Below are positions 1-12,162 of a stretch of 64,000 nucleotides of DNA, piece by piece (position 1 is the stretch's first letter; the number at the start of each line of letters is the position of its first letter). A model generated the notes under the pieces. That model saw only the letters and a list, made by a program, of their open reading frames with translations. It did no database searches and was not told where the DNA came from. This stretch comes from Ptychomitrium polyphyllum (lineage: Eukaryota): positions 11,904,001 through 11,968,000 of the forward strand of contig OZ316775.1 in NCBI GenBank assembly GCA_973851085.1, written 5' to 3'. A program made the position numbers and the translations under genes.

Positions 1-3000
1 TATTTATAATACTTAAAGTCTACTACATAATTATACAAAAGATTACTCTATGCTAGTCTATTGGTAGCAAATGCAATTTCTTTGAATTTAAAAGCAATGA
101 AATCATCACCTACTTTGAATAGAAGGAATTTAGTATTTTCATTAAAACCTTATCTATTAAACCACTTTACATAAAGAAATGATAATCTTTCAAATCAATT
201 TGATTGAATTACAATATATATTCAAAAACGTAATTAGAAATGGTAATGACAAACTACTTCAACTAAAGTATTCAATATTACAGTTAGTAATGGTTACGGT
301 CCATCACTACCAAGTAATTGATAATTTGGTAGTTTCTTATTGGAAATCCTTATCTAAGAAAGATCAGCTATACCAATATTATTATTGGTAACTACCAAGT
401 ATTCTAAAACTCAATAGTTCCTTACTATAGCGTTAGATCTAGGAAAAATAATCTATATGAATATATTGCTAATATTACCTAATAGAGGAAACATAATAGT
501 AGTAAGGAGCAAATTATAAACCACTATAGGAATTGCTAGAATGGACAATACTACATATAATTATATACTCAAGATGAAGCTGATAAATGAATCAAAAGAT
601 GGAGTGTATAACTTCTTTCATAGAACAAAGCCAAATACAATACATCCTCAACTCTCTTGGTTGAAGGTTTAAATATTAGATTCAAGATCCTATAAAAGTG
701 GATCTACATTTGTTTGTTTGAATTACTACTACTATGATCTTATAGTTATGATATAATACCGGGTAGCTCGGTAACATCCAAAGAATTCTTGAATGTGCTA
801 CTTTGAGCTATTTTAAGAACTATGCAATTAGTAAGGCCTATTGATAATTTGAGGGCTATTATTATGACAAACTGTATTCCAACAAATATATATTTTTTGG
901 TTGAAAAATTAATACATTGTTCTTATAGTTGGTAACTACCAAATAACAAAAGACTAGTAGTTACGCGCTTATGATAACTAATAGCAAAAAGATACTTAGA
1001 CAAGTCTATAATTAATAACTATTAAATAGAAGAGTAATGGTAGCTCAAAAAATAAAGACATGAAAATACGAGAAAAATTTCTATAATGAAGGGACATACA
1101 TAAGAATTATGATACACTAAGATACAATTGATTCATATTCCATTAATTTGGAAAACACAACTTGGTTAATAGAAAATAAGATAAAGCACATCTTCAAGTC
1201 TTTTGGTTGAAGGTTTAAATATTATCTTCTAGATTCTATAACAATGGATCTATATCCATTGTCTCAATCAAAAAATTAATACTATCATTTGGTAGTTATT
1301 ATTGGAGGATATCTAATAGTTACTGTTAAAGGATGTTTGGTAGTGGCGATAAGGGGAGATTGATAGAAGAAGTCTGATAGTTCCGGATATAACACTTGGC
1401 AAGTTGGTAATATTATTCCCCTTCTAGATTAAATTTACTCCTAAAAACTTACAAAAGTAGCTAACACTTCCTAACACTTCCTAGAGCTATAGTTGGCAAG
1501 GTTTTTGGTGCATAGAAGGAGGAGCAAAATTGGAAGCGGAAAGAATAATGCTTGCAAGGATGGTAGGAAGAAAGAGAAGTTGTTGCCTTATAGGAGGCAT
1601 GGATAGATTGGTATCAGCAAGAAAAAAAAAGTATGTTGCTAAAAGGTTGACAGGTATCGATAGGAAACAAGAAGTGGTAGATAGAAGAGGATTGGAAGTA
1701 TTCTTGAAGTTGGTTAGAGGCTAATGAGGATCTATGGTCAAACTCTCAAAATACTTGTCATCTAAGTCATTAATACTAGAAGAAACAGAAGAGTCCATTA
1801 CGAGATGATTGTCTTTCCAACTTGAAAAGTTTTGTTGGTAGTGGTGAATGATAGTGCCTTGGTTGTAAATAATTGTGTAGACGTTATGGAGGCACTAACA
1901 TTTCTTCATAAGTTGTTTACACACCTTTTGATATCAATATTTTGTCTCTTGTTGAAGAACCTTGCTAGTCTTTATTTGCTGCTACTAGTGGGTACATTTG
2001 ATAGTGAATTGTTTGATTTGCTAATGAATCTTGGTATTGAGAATTAGTTGCAAAGGTCAGACAATTCCTTTCAAGTGAGTTCCAATTGGGTGGTGAACGT
2101 GGTGATGAGCTATTGTTGGGTCTGAATGATCTCTTGATTCTGGTCTTGTTTCAATGTCAAGGATTGGACTTGTGCCTCGATGTCGTACAAGAGGCAATTG
2201 GAAGTATCATAATCAATTAATAATTGTTGGAGCTACGTTGTCAAGCCGGTTTTGCTTCTTGATGTTAAATTTGGCATGTTAAATTAAGTTTGAAATTGGA
2301 ATGAGCTTCTATCAATAGAAATAAGGTTTCAAGCTGATACCAAGCAGCCTTTTGGAAGTTATCAAAGTTATATTTTACATGTAGGATGTCATGGTCATAT
2401 GTTGTAGATGGGGATGTAGTGGTGGAAGAAAGTAGAGGAGTTGGATAAGGGATTATAAGTAAAAGAAGGATAGAAAGGGGTACAATTAGTGGAAGTAGAA
2501 GGTGGAGTAGGTGTACGATGAATAGTAAAAGTTGGTGGTATGGGATACTTTTGTACTGGAAGAATAATGAGATGTGAAGGAAATCCATCAATGTGATACC
2601 ATTTGCCATCAATCAATACATCAATTACCATCTATTTGCCAACCATAAGTGATATGACTAACATGTGTTGATTGACAGTAATAATAGTGGTTACCAATAC
2701 CAACAGAGAATCTCCAATAGTAGTATCAAACATAGATGGTGGCAAAGATTATCGGCAAGTTTTAAAGATAACAAATGAATTCCTATAATGAAATGGAAAT
2801 ATAGTATATTTGAAGTTGTGTATATATTTGTTGGATGGCAAAGAAGTCAGGGACATTGAATAAAGTAGAGGCCAATGTTGGTAGTACAGTGTTTTGAAGT
2901 TCCTAAGCAGTGCGGATCATTTGATCACAAACATCCTCGCTTGCTTGCCAATTTATAATCGTCGATGGAGTTGTCAATGATATATTTGTAGCTACTGCTT

Positions 3001-4500
3001 GGTTGCAAATTACTTGTCCAATATGGCAAAATCCAATGATATTCACATCCATAGGAGGATTATATTTGGCAAATTCTTGCTTCTTCATTTGGATGAGGCA
3101 CTTAACCTCATCATCTTAATGTAAAAGACAGTGATGGCTAGGATAATTTATTGGTCCACAGGCATGACAAAAAAATTGTTGGGTGGAGTGAATCTGTCGA
3201 CAATGGTCGATAGTGAAAAAAATTGGTAGTGATTTGATCTGATGAATGGTAAGAAGTTGTTGTTGTTTAGCATAACTACTATCAAAAATCTTGTAACAAG
3301 AGTTCTAAGTATGATTCAATCAATTGCAACCAATACATAGGTTAGTAAGAGGATAGTATTGGTTGGAAGTACTGGACAATTGTGAAGAAGATTTTGGCAG
3401 TCCTTCTTTGATTAATTGGGTAGCCCTAACGCTTTGTTAAAAGTGGCTTTTTAGAAGTCCTACTTTAACAACTCGAATGTACTCACAAAGTTCAACTTAA
3501 AAAGTATTGAATATAAACGTATCATCATTTGGATTGATGAGGTTCTTGGCAAGTTCTAAGTGACATTTACTACACTCTTCAATCAACTTGGAAGGTTTCT
3601 AATTCATAATGCGGAAGTGAATATAGATTTGTTCTTTGGTTTTAATCAACCAATAACTTTTTTTGAATGCAAGAAAAAAGTCATCTAGGTTTTTTTAAGG
3701 AAACTAGATGCGATGGAATGTAAACCACAAAGATTCTTTATCAATAAGGATACTACCACACAGTTCTAGCTGGACATGAAGATTGATTTTATCATTTAAA
3801 ATAAATGCAAATAAAAGCTTTCAACAATGGTGTTTGAGTTTCTTACTTGTCAAGTAGTTTGGTTATATGAGAGCTTTTTTAATAAGAAAATAAACAAGGA
3901 GAAGTATTGTAGAAGGAAGTAAAACTAGTTTGGCTGCTAATAGATGGTAACGCAGTCTACTATTTTTTGTTGGAGGATGAAGAAAAGTGGAGAAGACATG
4001 TGGGGCTATGGATATGGTTGATGCCACAATGAGGGCTAATTGCCGATGGAATATTATTAAATGGAAGGAAATAATATATTAAATGTTGGAAAAAAAATGT
4101 ATTTAGCAGTTGGCAAATTCCAAAGGTGGAATAAATCAAAGCCGTGGTTTGTGGAAGGTAGATTATCAATAGTAGCAAAGAGATTGATAGTAGTAGGGCT
4201 ATCAAAAGACCCTTTCAGAATGAAGGTGTTGAGTACAATGGAGATGGTTTATATTTTTGGCAATTCTAAAACACTAGATGTTCAATAGTAAATCTATTGA
4301 TAATAACCTAGGAAAAGATGGAGTGTTGATAAATGGATACGGAATATCAAAAGCATAAAAAATATATGCTAGGTATGAATTGGTACGTTGCGCGGAAGTG
4401 AGTTTTAAAGGAGGCTAAGTTCCTTGTGTACGGATGTAAAGACGGCTTATAGAGTCAGATGCTTCAATACCAGAGAAATAAGCTAGATTATTCTTAGAGT
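1..4500 (-). mobile_element. Degenerate LTR-retrotransposon remnant: gag, CCHC knuckle and start of aspartic protease, followed by a non-pol ORF and repeated 3' non-coding region
   Basis: Manual minus-strand translation gives a retrotransposon-gag-like stretch at ~3490-3820 (NLDDFFLAFKKSYWLIKTKEQIYIHFRIMN*KPSKLIEECSKCHLELAKNL..DDTFIFNTF). A CX2CX4HX4C knuckle CIGCN*LNHT*NSC lies at 3296-3337, and a protease-like motif MVGK*MVIDVLIDG at ~2605-2650. No RT/RH/IN is seen. Boundaries are approximate. Confidence 0.65.
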
Positions 4501-6450
4501 TGTAATTTGATAGATGGTATATACAATTACAAAGATAAAATCTTTGAATATTTTGCAGAAAAAACAAAATTACCAAAGGCTTCAAGAGGATTTTGAATAA
4601 AAATTCTTTGGTAAGAATGTTTTATGAATTACTATGGCTTATAGGTAGTGACAAAGAATTTGAAATGTATAAAGGTTATAAGCAAGGAAAACCTATTAAA
4701 AACATTGCATGATTGCCAAATATTATGAGTTAGGTTATATAAGTATAGCGCTCATTTATTTTATATGTATTTTTAAGGATTTTACTCTCAAGACAACATT
4801 GAAGATTTGTATGTTAAATGTCTAAAATTACCTTTCTACGTATATTTTTATATAATTGATTATATTTTTCATTTAAAATTATGTGGATTTGGTTGTATAT
4901 GAATTAATCATGGAAGAGCTCAAGTAGATGAATTTGCTTTATTTGTGCTTTTAAGTATAATGTTCATAATGAAAACTTTCCAAGAATCAATTGATGATGA
5001 AAATTTTGTTATTTAACTTACAACACATTTAAAATTCAATTTAAAACAACTCATTTTTGCATCAAGATGTAGAATATAAATAATGAACTAAAATGAAAGC
5101 TTATAAAAGTCAACTTTGATGAATTAAGGTCATAAATGGCTTTAAATCTAAATTTAAATTATAGAAATGAAGGAATTATATTTAAGGTCAAATCATCCAT
5201 TTTGAACTTCCATTAATTACCACTACCTACAAAAAAAACCAAAAAAAAACTACAATTTACATTCTACCAACTACTAACTCTTGAATAATTGATAATATGA
5301 AACTAAGCTTTGGAAGAAGTAGTAATGGATTAACTAGGTGCAAATAAAGTGAGAAAATATGAAAATTAATAATAGCTTAAGTCTTGATCTAAAAATGCAA
5401 TTACATGTGGAAAAATACGTGCAAAATGAAACAATTAACATTAACAATGAAATAATCTTTTATAAACCAAGGTGAGATGATTTTATGCATTAAAAGAGTG
5501 TTAAAGACCTCATCAACTGTTTCTTTCTAGAACTAAGTAATCCACGTATTTCTAAATCATTCTTAAATAGTCATTAGAGTTAAAAGAATAAAAATCGTAG
5601 AATTTCATTCTCTCAATTTTTCCTCAATACAAACTTGTTAAAGTATAGACAAAAGCCCAATATAACTTTCCTTCCAAATATAAAGTAAAAACAGTGTTGT
5701 TCTCCATCTCAGTTTATTCTCCACCGCAGTTTATCAAAAGGTACAAGCTAAAAGAAAAGAGGGACAAGCAAAAGAAGAGCAAGGTTATTCACTCCGTGCA
5801 CCTTCATGGTTACATAACTTACAATTAGAAGGTAAGGGTTCTAAATTGTCTCCACGTTGTCTCCAAGCTCCTGTTACGACTCCTGCATTATGAAGAAACC
5901 ATAACTAAGAGCAGATCCTGCACTACCATACATGGGCATGGGAATCACACATGCTGGCCTGTGTGAAGAGAGACCGTAGGCCTTCTGCATGGGCAAGAGC
6001 ATGACATGTTCTGCTCCGGAATCTGCGTCCTGCAGGAACAGTACTGGGATGGTCCACAATTGAGCTAATCAGAGCGCCTTGTCGGCGACCTCAAGTAACC
6101 GTCCTGGAGCGCCTTCCAGGCTTCACTCTAACAAACCAGGGCAACCAATCCAATCATGCCCTAACAAATCAAGGTGGTTACACAGTTTTCGGACACCCAC
6201 TCCCCTGCATTGCTTTCTCTCCTGCCGTTCACCGAACATAGTCATTGCTGCAAGATTTCTCATCTTCATCGGCAGTACTGGTGAACAGTCCTGTGAGTAT
6301 GACAGTGTTCACGTTCAAAGAAAAAAGACGTTTTGGTTCGGCAGATTCCCGTCTGTGTAGGAGTTCAGATTGCAAAACGATCAGTGCCATTTTGATGCTA
6401 ATAGTGCCAATGTGGAAAACCACGACGTTGACAGTAGACATACTTCGAGG

Positions 6451-9400
6451 CTATAAGCCTGAGTTGTAGACCTATGTTTTTCAGATTCGTGAGCAATGAC
6501 AGAGTGCAGAACGAAGGAAAGGGAAGTAATAGAGTAGAGGAACTTACTTGGAGAGTGAGTAGGGATAACCATGGCAAGTGTGTTGCGACAACGATGTGGA
6601 GCATTCAGGAGAAAGGTGTTGCCTACCATGTCACTGCATCCGGTGCATTCCCCATCGATGACTGCCAAGCGGTTCATGGGAGGCCACGGACACGATGATG
6701 CTGGTAACCACTTGATGACATTGAATTCTTCTGCTAGCTTCAATCTCTTCTCCTAAATGTTTATAGATCCCCATATCTCGTGACTGTAAAAATAGTGGAA
6801 CATGACTGAATGCATCATGTAGTAGCTGAGAACAGTGGATTGCAATAGTACATTGAGTGTTTTACTTACAGATGGAACATAACCGGGTCGAATGTCTTCT
6901 TGCTGCAGTATATGTGCATCTGGGATGAATTGTAGTGAATAACACTTGAAAAATAACAAGTATTGTGGCACATTGAGCCTCAACGTCCTCGTCAGAGATA
7001 ATATTTCTCTAGAAATTTTCTGAGGCTGTGGGTTCACATACTTGCATCAAGAACTTCAGCATTAATCAGATTCTCCTATCAGGATTGTTTCCAATGCAGA
7101 ACGATGGCAGTAACTGGCGAGATCCTTACACTCTGTATCTCGTCAGCATTAGGATTGATTTTCAGAGTTGCATAATAAGAACTCACTCTATTCCTTTTAT
7201 GCAGTCAGAAGATTCGAATCCATGATATGTGGATCGAGTATTGCTTCAAGTGTTTATAACCTGGCAGGAATTCTCTTCCCCTGCCCTTCTTCACAAATTC
7301 ACATGCTAATTTAGTTTTAATTGAGTGTTGATTTATGTGACGTTGTGAGCAGAGGAGACGTTCAAATGGAGGAATGTCACAATTGCATGTGTGATTGGGT
7401 TGGTTCCAATGATGTTCAATACACTCTCTAGTGATGAAGAACACCACCATGGAGACGAAAGACCGGTATGAATTAGTCTGCTCCTGAGGCCTTCTTTGTC
7501 ACTCCTAGCCTAGATAAACATGACTTGTAAGCAGAATGATAAAGATGTGAGACAGCGTAAGCTTGTCCCTGAATCTTGAAATTATCTGGTTCAACGTAGG
7601 TTGTTATTACCAGCTGTCACTGTGCAGCAACGGATATCTACTACAAACATGGTCGTCTTTCTGTCTACAGCTTAGCACTCTCATCAACTCTACATGTTTG
7701 CATAGGAAAATGAATGTGGACTCAGCTTGATCTGATAATTTGTGTTAGATAATCTGCAAACTCACGCTCTCTTTGCCGCAGGCATACTCCTACTTGCACA
7801 TTCGCAACAAAGAATTCCCATGGGGTACTTTCTTCTGCCTATCCACACTACTGAACTTTTGACAGCAGACTCAGCTCAATAGTACCGTGTAACGTTCTTA
7901 GCTATCATTTCAGTCATTTAAACATTCTAGTCAGCTCCGAAAGTCAAGCGTACACGAAAATTTATTGTTCACCGATATTCTGCAATGTGATTTTATTTGA
8001 AACTATTTTATGTGGATTGCGAGAAAAGTATAGAATAACTACATCACTGTGTAATTGTGTGCAGGGCCGAATGGATTATTTGAGTATGATGACTGAAATC
8101 TTCAGCTATTTTGACCATGCCACCAACCAATTCAAGCAACATGCTTCACAGTTGCGTAGGTGTAGGGAAATCATCTGGCCTTTGGCAAATGAGACTGTTT
8201 TTAAAAAACGCAGAATTTGCTGGTTACCGTAGCTAGTGGAGTAACCATGTGAGTAGTAGACTGTTTGGTTCATTCGCCACTAGGACCTTACAAAACAAAT
8301 GGGTTCTGAACTACCCTTACGATGTGGATGAGCAAGCGTTCAGGTAAATGCTGGACATCGGAGTCCCCTGAACTGCTCTGGCTAGTAAATGACTGCAGGT
8401 ATCTCAAAACAATAATAAAAAGATGTAAGCGGAGTAGGCCATGTACACAATTTTATTACAGATTTAACACTTCTTTATGTGAGTAAGAAACATTCAGTAA
8501 CAGGTCATGGAGCACTCTTGCTCCAGAAGGGCCCCGGTTCGAACGGGTTGTAACGGATCAGAAGCCAATGTACAGAATTACTTGTTGAATGAAAAGCCAT
8601 CAGCGGGGCCAGTAGGAGAAAACGAGAAAACGTCACTGCACGCAGTGAGCTTTCACATGAAACTTGAGCATGTAAAGTGAACTAGGAAACAGCAATTCCT
8701 AGATTATTAACAAATGCTTGGCTATCGGCCACTTCCTGGATTTCCTGAACGAACTAAATCAGATCCTATTGATTATCCGTCTTCTGTAATGTGTTAACAT
8801 GAAATTGCACCCACTATCAATTACCATGTGTTCGAATCTTAGGACCACGCCCCATCTCAAACTTCAAACTGTCAAGCTTACTGATTTCAAATTCGTAGTT
8901 ACCGACATTTTGTGCCCGCATAATCTGCTTAACAAGCTACATAAATGACATTTGATGGGACCCCATCATGTTCTCGTTTCATGCGTAATGTCCTAGTAAT
9001 ATACCATGCGACAACTCTGCTTTCAAAGAAAACCGGAATCTCCCAAAAGTGCAGTTTTTCAAGCCGTATGGTTGTCGTACTCTACCAACGACAGACTGTC
9101 TTTGATCCCGATTTTTCCTAAAGACCTGAACGACGAAAATAGATTACTCTGACTGCATGCAGCACCAGTTCCATGCTATGCTCCACTCTCAGTTCATTCC
9201 GGTCCAATTCCGCTCTCTGATACGTCAAATGTGATGCACGATACATTTTACAGATCACTTCACACCAATTGAAGTCGTGAGGAGGAACTACAGCCATCTA
9301 TAACTCAACTAGACAGCATTTGTGTTTCACCCCGTGCTCCTTGTTGCACTTAAGGCTGCACGCTATAGGCTTAAATTCAAATCAGCTCCCATGTAGTAAC

Positions 9401-12162
9401 TGACGCAGGGGCACTCCTCTAAGATGCTGAACAACTCCTCACCTGCTCCGCAAGGCTCCCAACACGCTAGCATCTGCCAAAAAATGCTCGTATTCTCATG
9501 CTGGGAATGCTCGCAACGTCGGCAACGTCATCCCAGTCAGCAGTTACCTGCAAGGTCCGCAGCCGCTGCTTAGAGGTCCAACTCATGGACTAGTGACACA
9601 TGCATTGAGCATGGTATGTGCCAACGGAATGGAAGATGTGAGACCACAAGGACAGACGTGAGAAACTGTACCCATTCAGACCCCTCTATCCTTGCAAGCC
9701 AGCACCCACATACCTCCTGCATAATCTAGCTACTCGTGCGGCCAATACACAAACACCAGGCCCCAGGTCAATTCGTCTGCAACAATCTTCAAACGCGTCG
9801 ACATTACATCCACGATGCAGACCCACAATAGACGCCCGAGAGAACATCGAACCTTGGTCCCCGCTCAGCCCTGAGCCAGAAATACTGCTGTTCTGTAAAT
9901 GACACAGCACTGGGGATCCACAGAACGCCACATTGTCACGAGGAACGACGAAAGAGAGATGCCAATGCCACCCAACTTGAAAGCCCACACATCACAAACC
10001 CGCTACACTCATTCAGTTGTTCACGAACTTCAGCGATGGGAGAACGTGAAGTACCACATCCATCAGGTCAGCAATCGCTCCTTGCATGACCGAGGCTAGG
10101 ACGCCAGAAGCAGTTCCTTCCAAGCTCACCCATCCTTCAAGACTGCATCATGCGTACCCTCCTGGTATTCCTCGCGCACTACAGGCTTGGAGGGAACACG
10201 GAATTGGTACAAGGTGCCCAACATCAGAGTATCACAAGTTGTCCCACCGCAATTCCCCCCAAGAGTTCTGACCTCTTCCTCTCCGGAGTGTCGCAACAAG
10301 TACAACATCTGTTGGCGCTCTGCTATTCCCCTCTGCCCAAGCCAGAAGTTCTGCACGCCCCACTTCCGACCACATGACAGGACGTACTGGACAACGACCG
10401 CAGCTGCAGATTCTCAAGCATGCGCTTCACACCGATCCGCTTGCCGGAGCATACTCCGTTGACGGTCCCCAGATGAGCTTTCCGCACTGCCCACATGACT
10501 GCACCATTTTGCACGGTCCAAGTCGGTCTAGAATGGGACTCATGCGTATGGGGCTGCAACGCCCGCTTGTCCAACGCTCTTCACCACATCTCCACCGCCT
10601 CCATCGGCGGCCGTCATCAACGATACTATCGCCATGAAAGCCCTGCCGGTCGGCCCAGAATCCGTAGTTCACGACCCAACCAACTCGTCAAGGGCCACCA
10701 ACCAGACCGCAAAACCCCAACTCCTGAGACTACTCTGCCAGACGGAACGCGTGCTCAAAACTGCTCTCCGCACGGGCGACGAGCGAGCACCACGCCCGTG
10801 CACCGGCTCCGCGATGAAAATGCCAACACCGCTCCACGTCTTTCGCATACTTCCACGGCCCCCGTCCAAACTGCTCTACCCGAATCTTGTTCGCAGAACT
10901 CCAGCCACTTCTTGACACTACCCTGTGTCTGCCAAGCATACCAGACTGTGCGACCACGGCTCGCACTACAACTGCCTCAAAGGGCACCTGCTCAACGTCA
11001 TTTCAGTACGAGGCGCGGCAGCTCATAAGAGTTACAGAGCCGACATGCCTGTGCGCGGCATCCATCCATCCTGGAGGTGGCACGATTCCCAACGAGCGAG
11101 AAAACCATACCGACACCTCCACCACACACCCAGGTCAAACAACGTACCCCTCCGTCCCAACCCTTCTCTGCACCCGTTTCTCCTCTTCACCACCTCCCTT
11201 CTAGGCGTGACAGACGACCAGCTGCACCCACTCTGCCTGTACTCGTGTTGACCGACGAGGACACTCAGATTCCCAGAAACCCCATGCAACGGAGGCGAGG
11301 CCGAATCCGATCCTTCGACTCTGCCCAACTTGCACTTGCTCGGGCCCAAGGTCGTCTGGTCCCAGAATCAACAGCATTCACTGCCACAGCCGGAACTCCT
11401 CCAGTGTTCCGAACGAACCGGCAACACAGTCCGGAACCCCGCACGAAAATGGCACGTACCCTGTCTTCCTGCGCGCACCAGGAATCGCGTCAGCCTCGCC
11501 TCCGGAGCATCCCCCAGGTCCTAGAACCACATGATCCCCTGCAAACCCCCACATAATCTCTCAGCGACTCCGCCGAATCTCCATCCTCTCACACTGCAGC
11601 GTACATCAAACAGGCCATCGCGCCTTGGACCAAACCCCATCCCATGCATCGTACCAGAAATGTACAAGGTTGTCTACACCTCCGTTTCAGCGATTCTCTA
11701 CACCACCCGGGGAAAAAGGGAAGACCGAATTCCGAAGCGCGCCACAGTGCACCGCCCACGCGAATACAGCCCACCCAGTCGTACACCCCAAAGTACTCAC
11801 AGACCGCGTAACCCCATCGAACTCGCAACCCCGAAACACCACTCAGAACCTCCCAAACCCCAGAAACCCGCTACACAGCTCCAAGCACGCAGTCGCCCAC
11901 GACGCACCCTCCAGCCCACCCTCGTCCACAACCGCCACCGACACGTCACAAACCCTCGCCCCTCCATCCCCACGTCGAGGCCCTACCCCCCATCCACAAC
12001 CCCACACCGGCAATCACCGCACCCAGATCTGCGCATTTCCAAGCCCCCGGAGCCGCACGAAGGCGCAGAACCGCATCACCCGCCCTGCTCACGCGGAAGC
12101 CCGCCCTCTGGTCTCGCGTGTCTTGAAACACATGGGCGTCCCCACGCTGATGGCTCCGCCAT
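6451..12162 (-). CDS. Multi-exon host gene of unknown function (5' and internal exon model uncertain)
   Basis: GC-rich island with many canonical GT-AG exons on -. The terminal exons 6870-6902, 6627-6752 and 6451-6471 splice in frame to QEDIRPGYVPSEKRLKLAEEFNVIKWLPASSCPWPPMNRLAVIDGECTGCSDMVYNSGL*. Internal exons 10273-10350, 9853-9892, 9714-9776, 8582-8635 and 8321-8392 can be joined in frame (LLAWAEGNSRAPTDVVLVATLRRGREQQYFWLRAERGPRRIDLGPGVCVLAARVARLCRSDVFSFSPTGPADGFSFNNHLLARAVQG). Candidate ATG at 12162. Confidence 0.6.

Noticed and set aside
4461..4472. Possible tRNA-Met PBS on - (tggtattgaagc)
   Set aside because: Only 9/12 match and no clear LTR CA end beside it; not called separately.
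9714..9776. In-frame TAG read-through (ELTWGLVFVYWPHE*LDYAG)
   Set aside because: Another frame of the same exon is open and phase-compatible with the preceding exon, so no recoding is needed.
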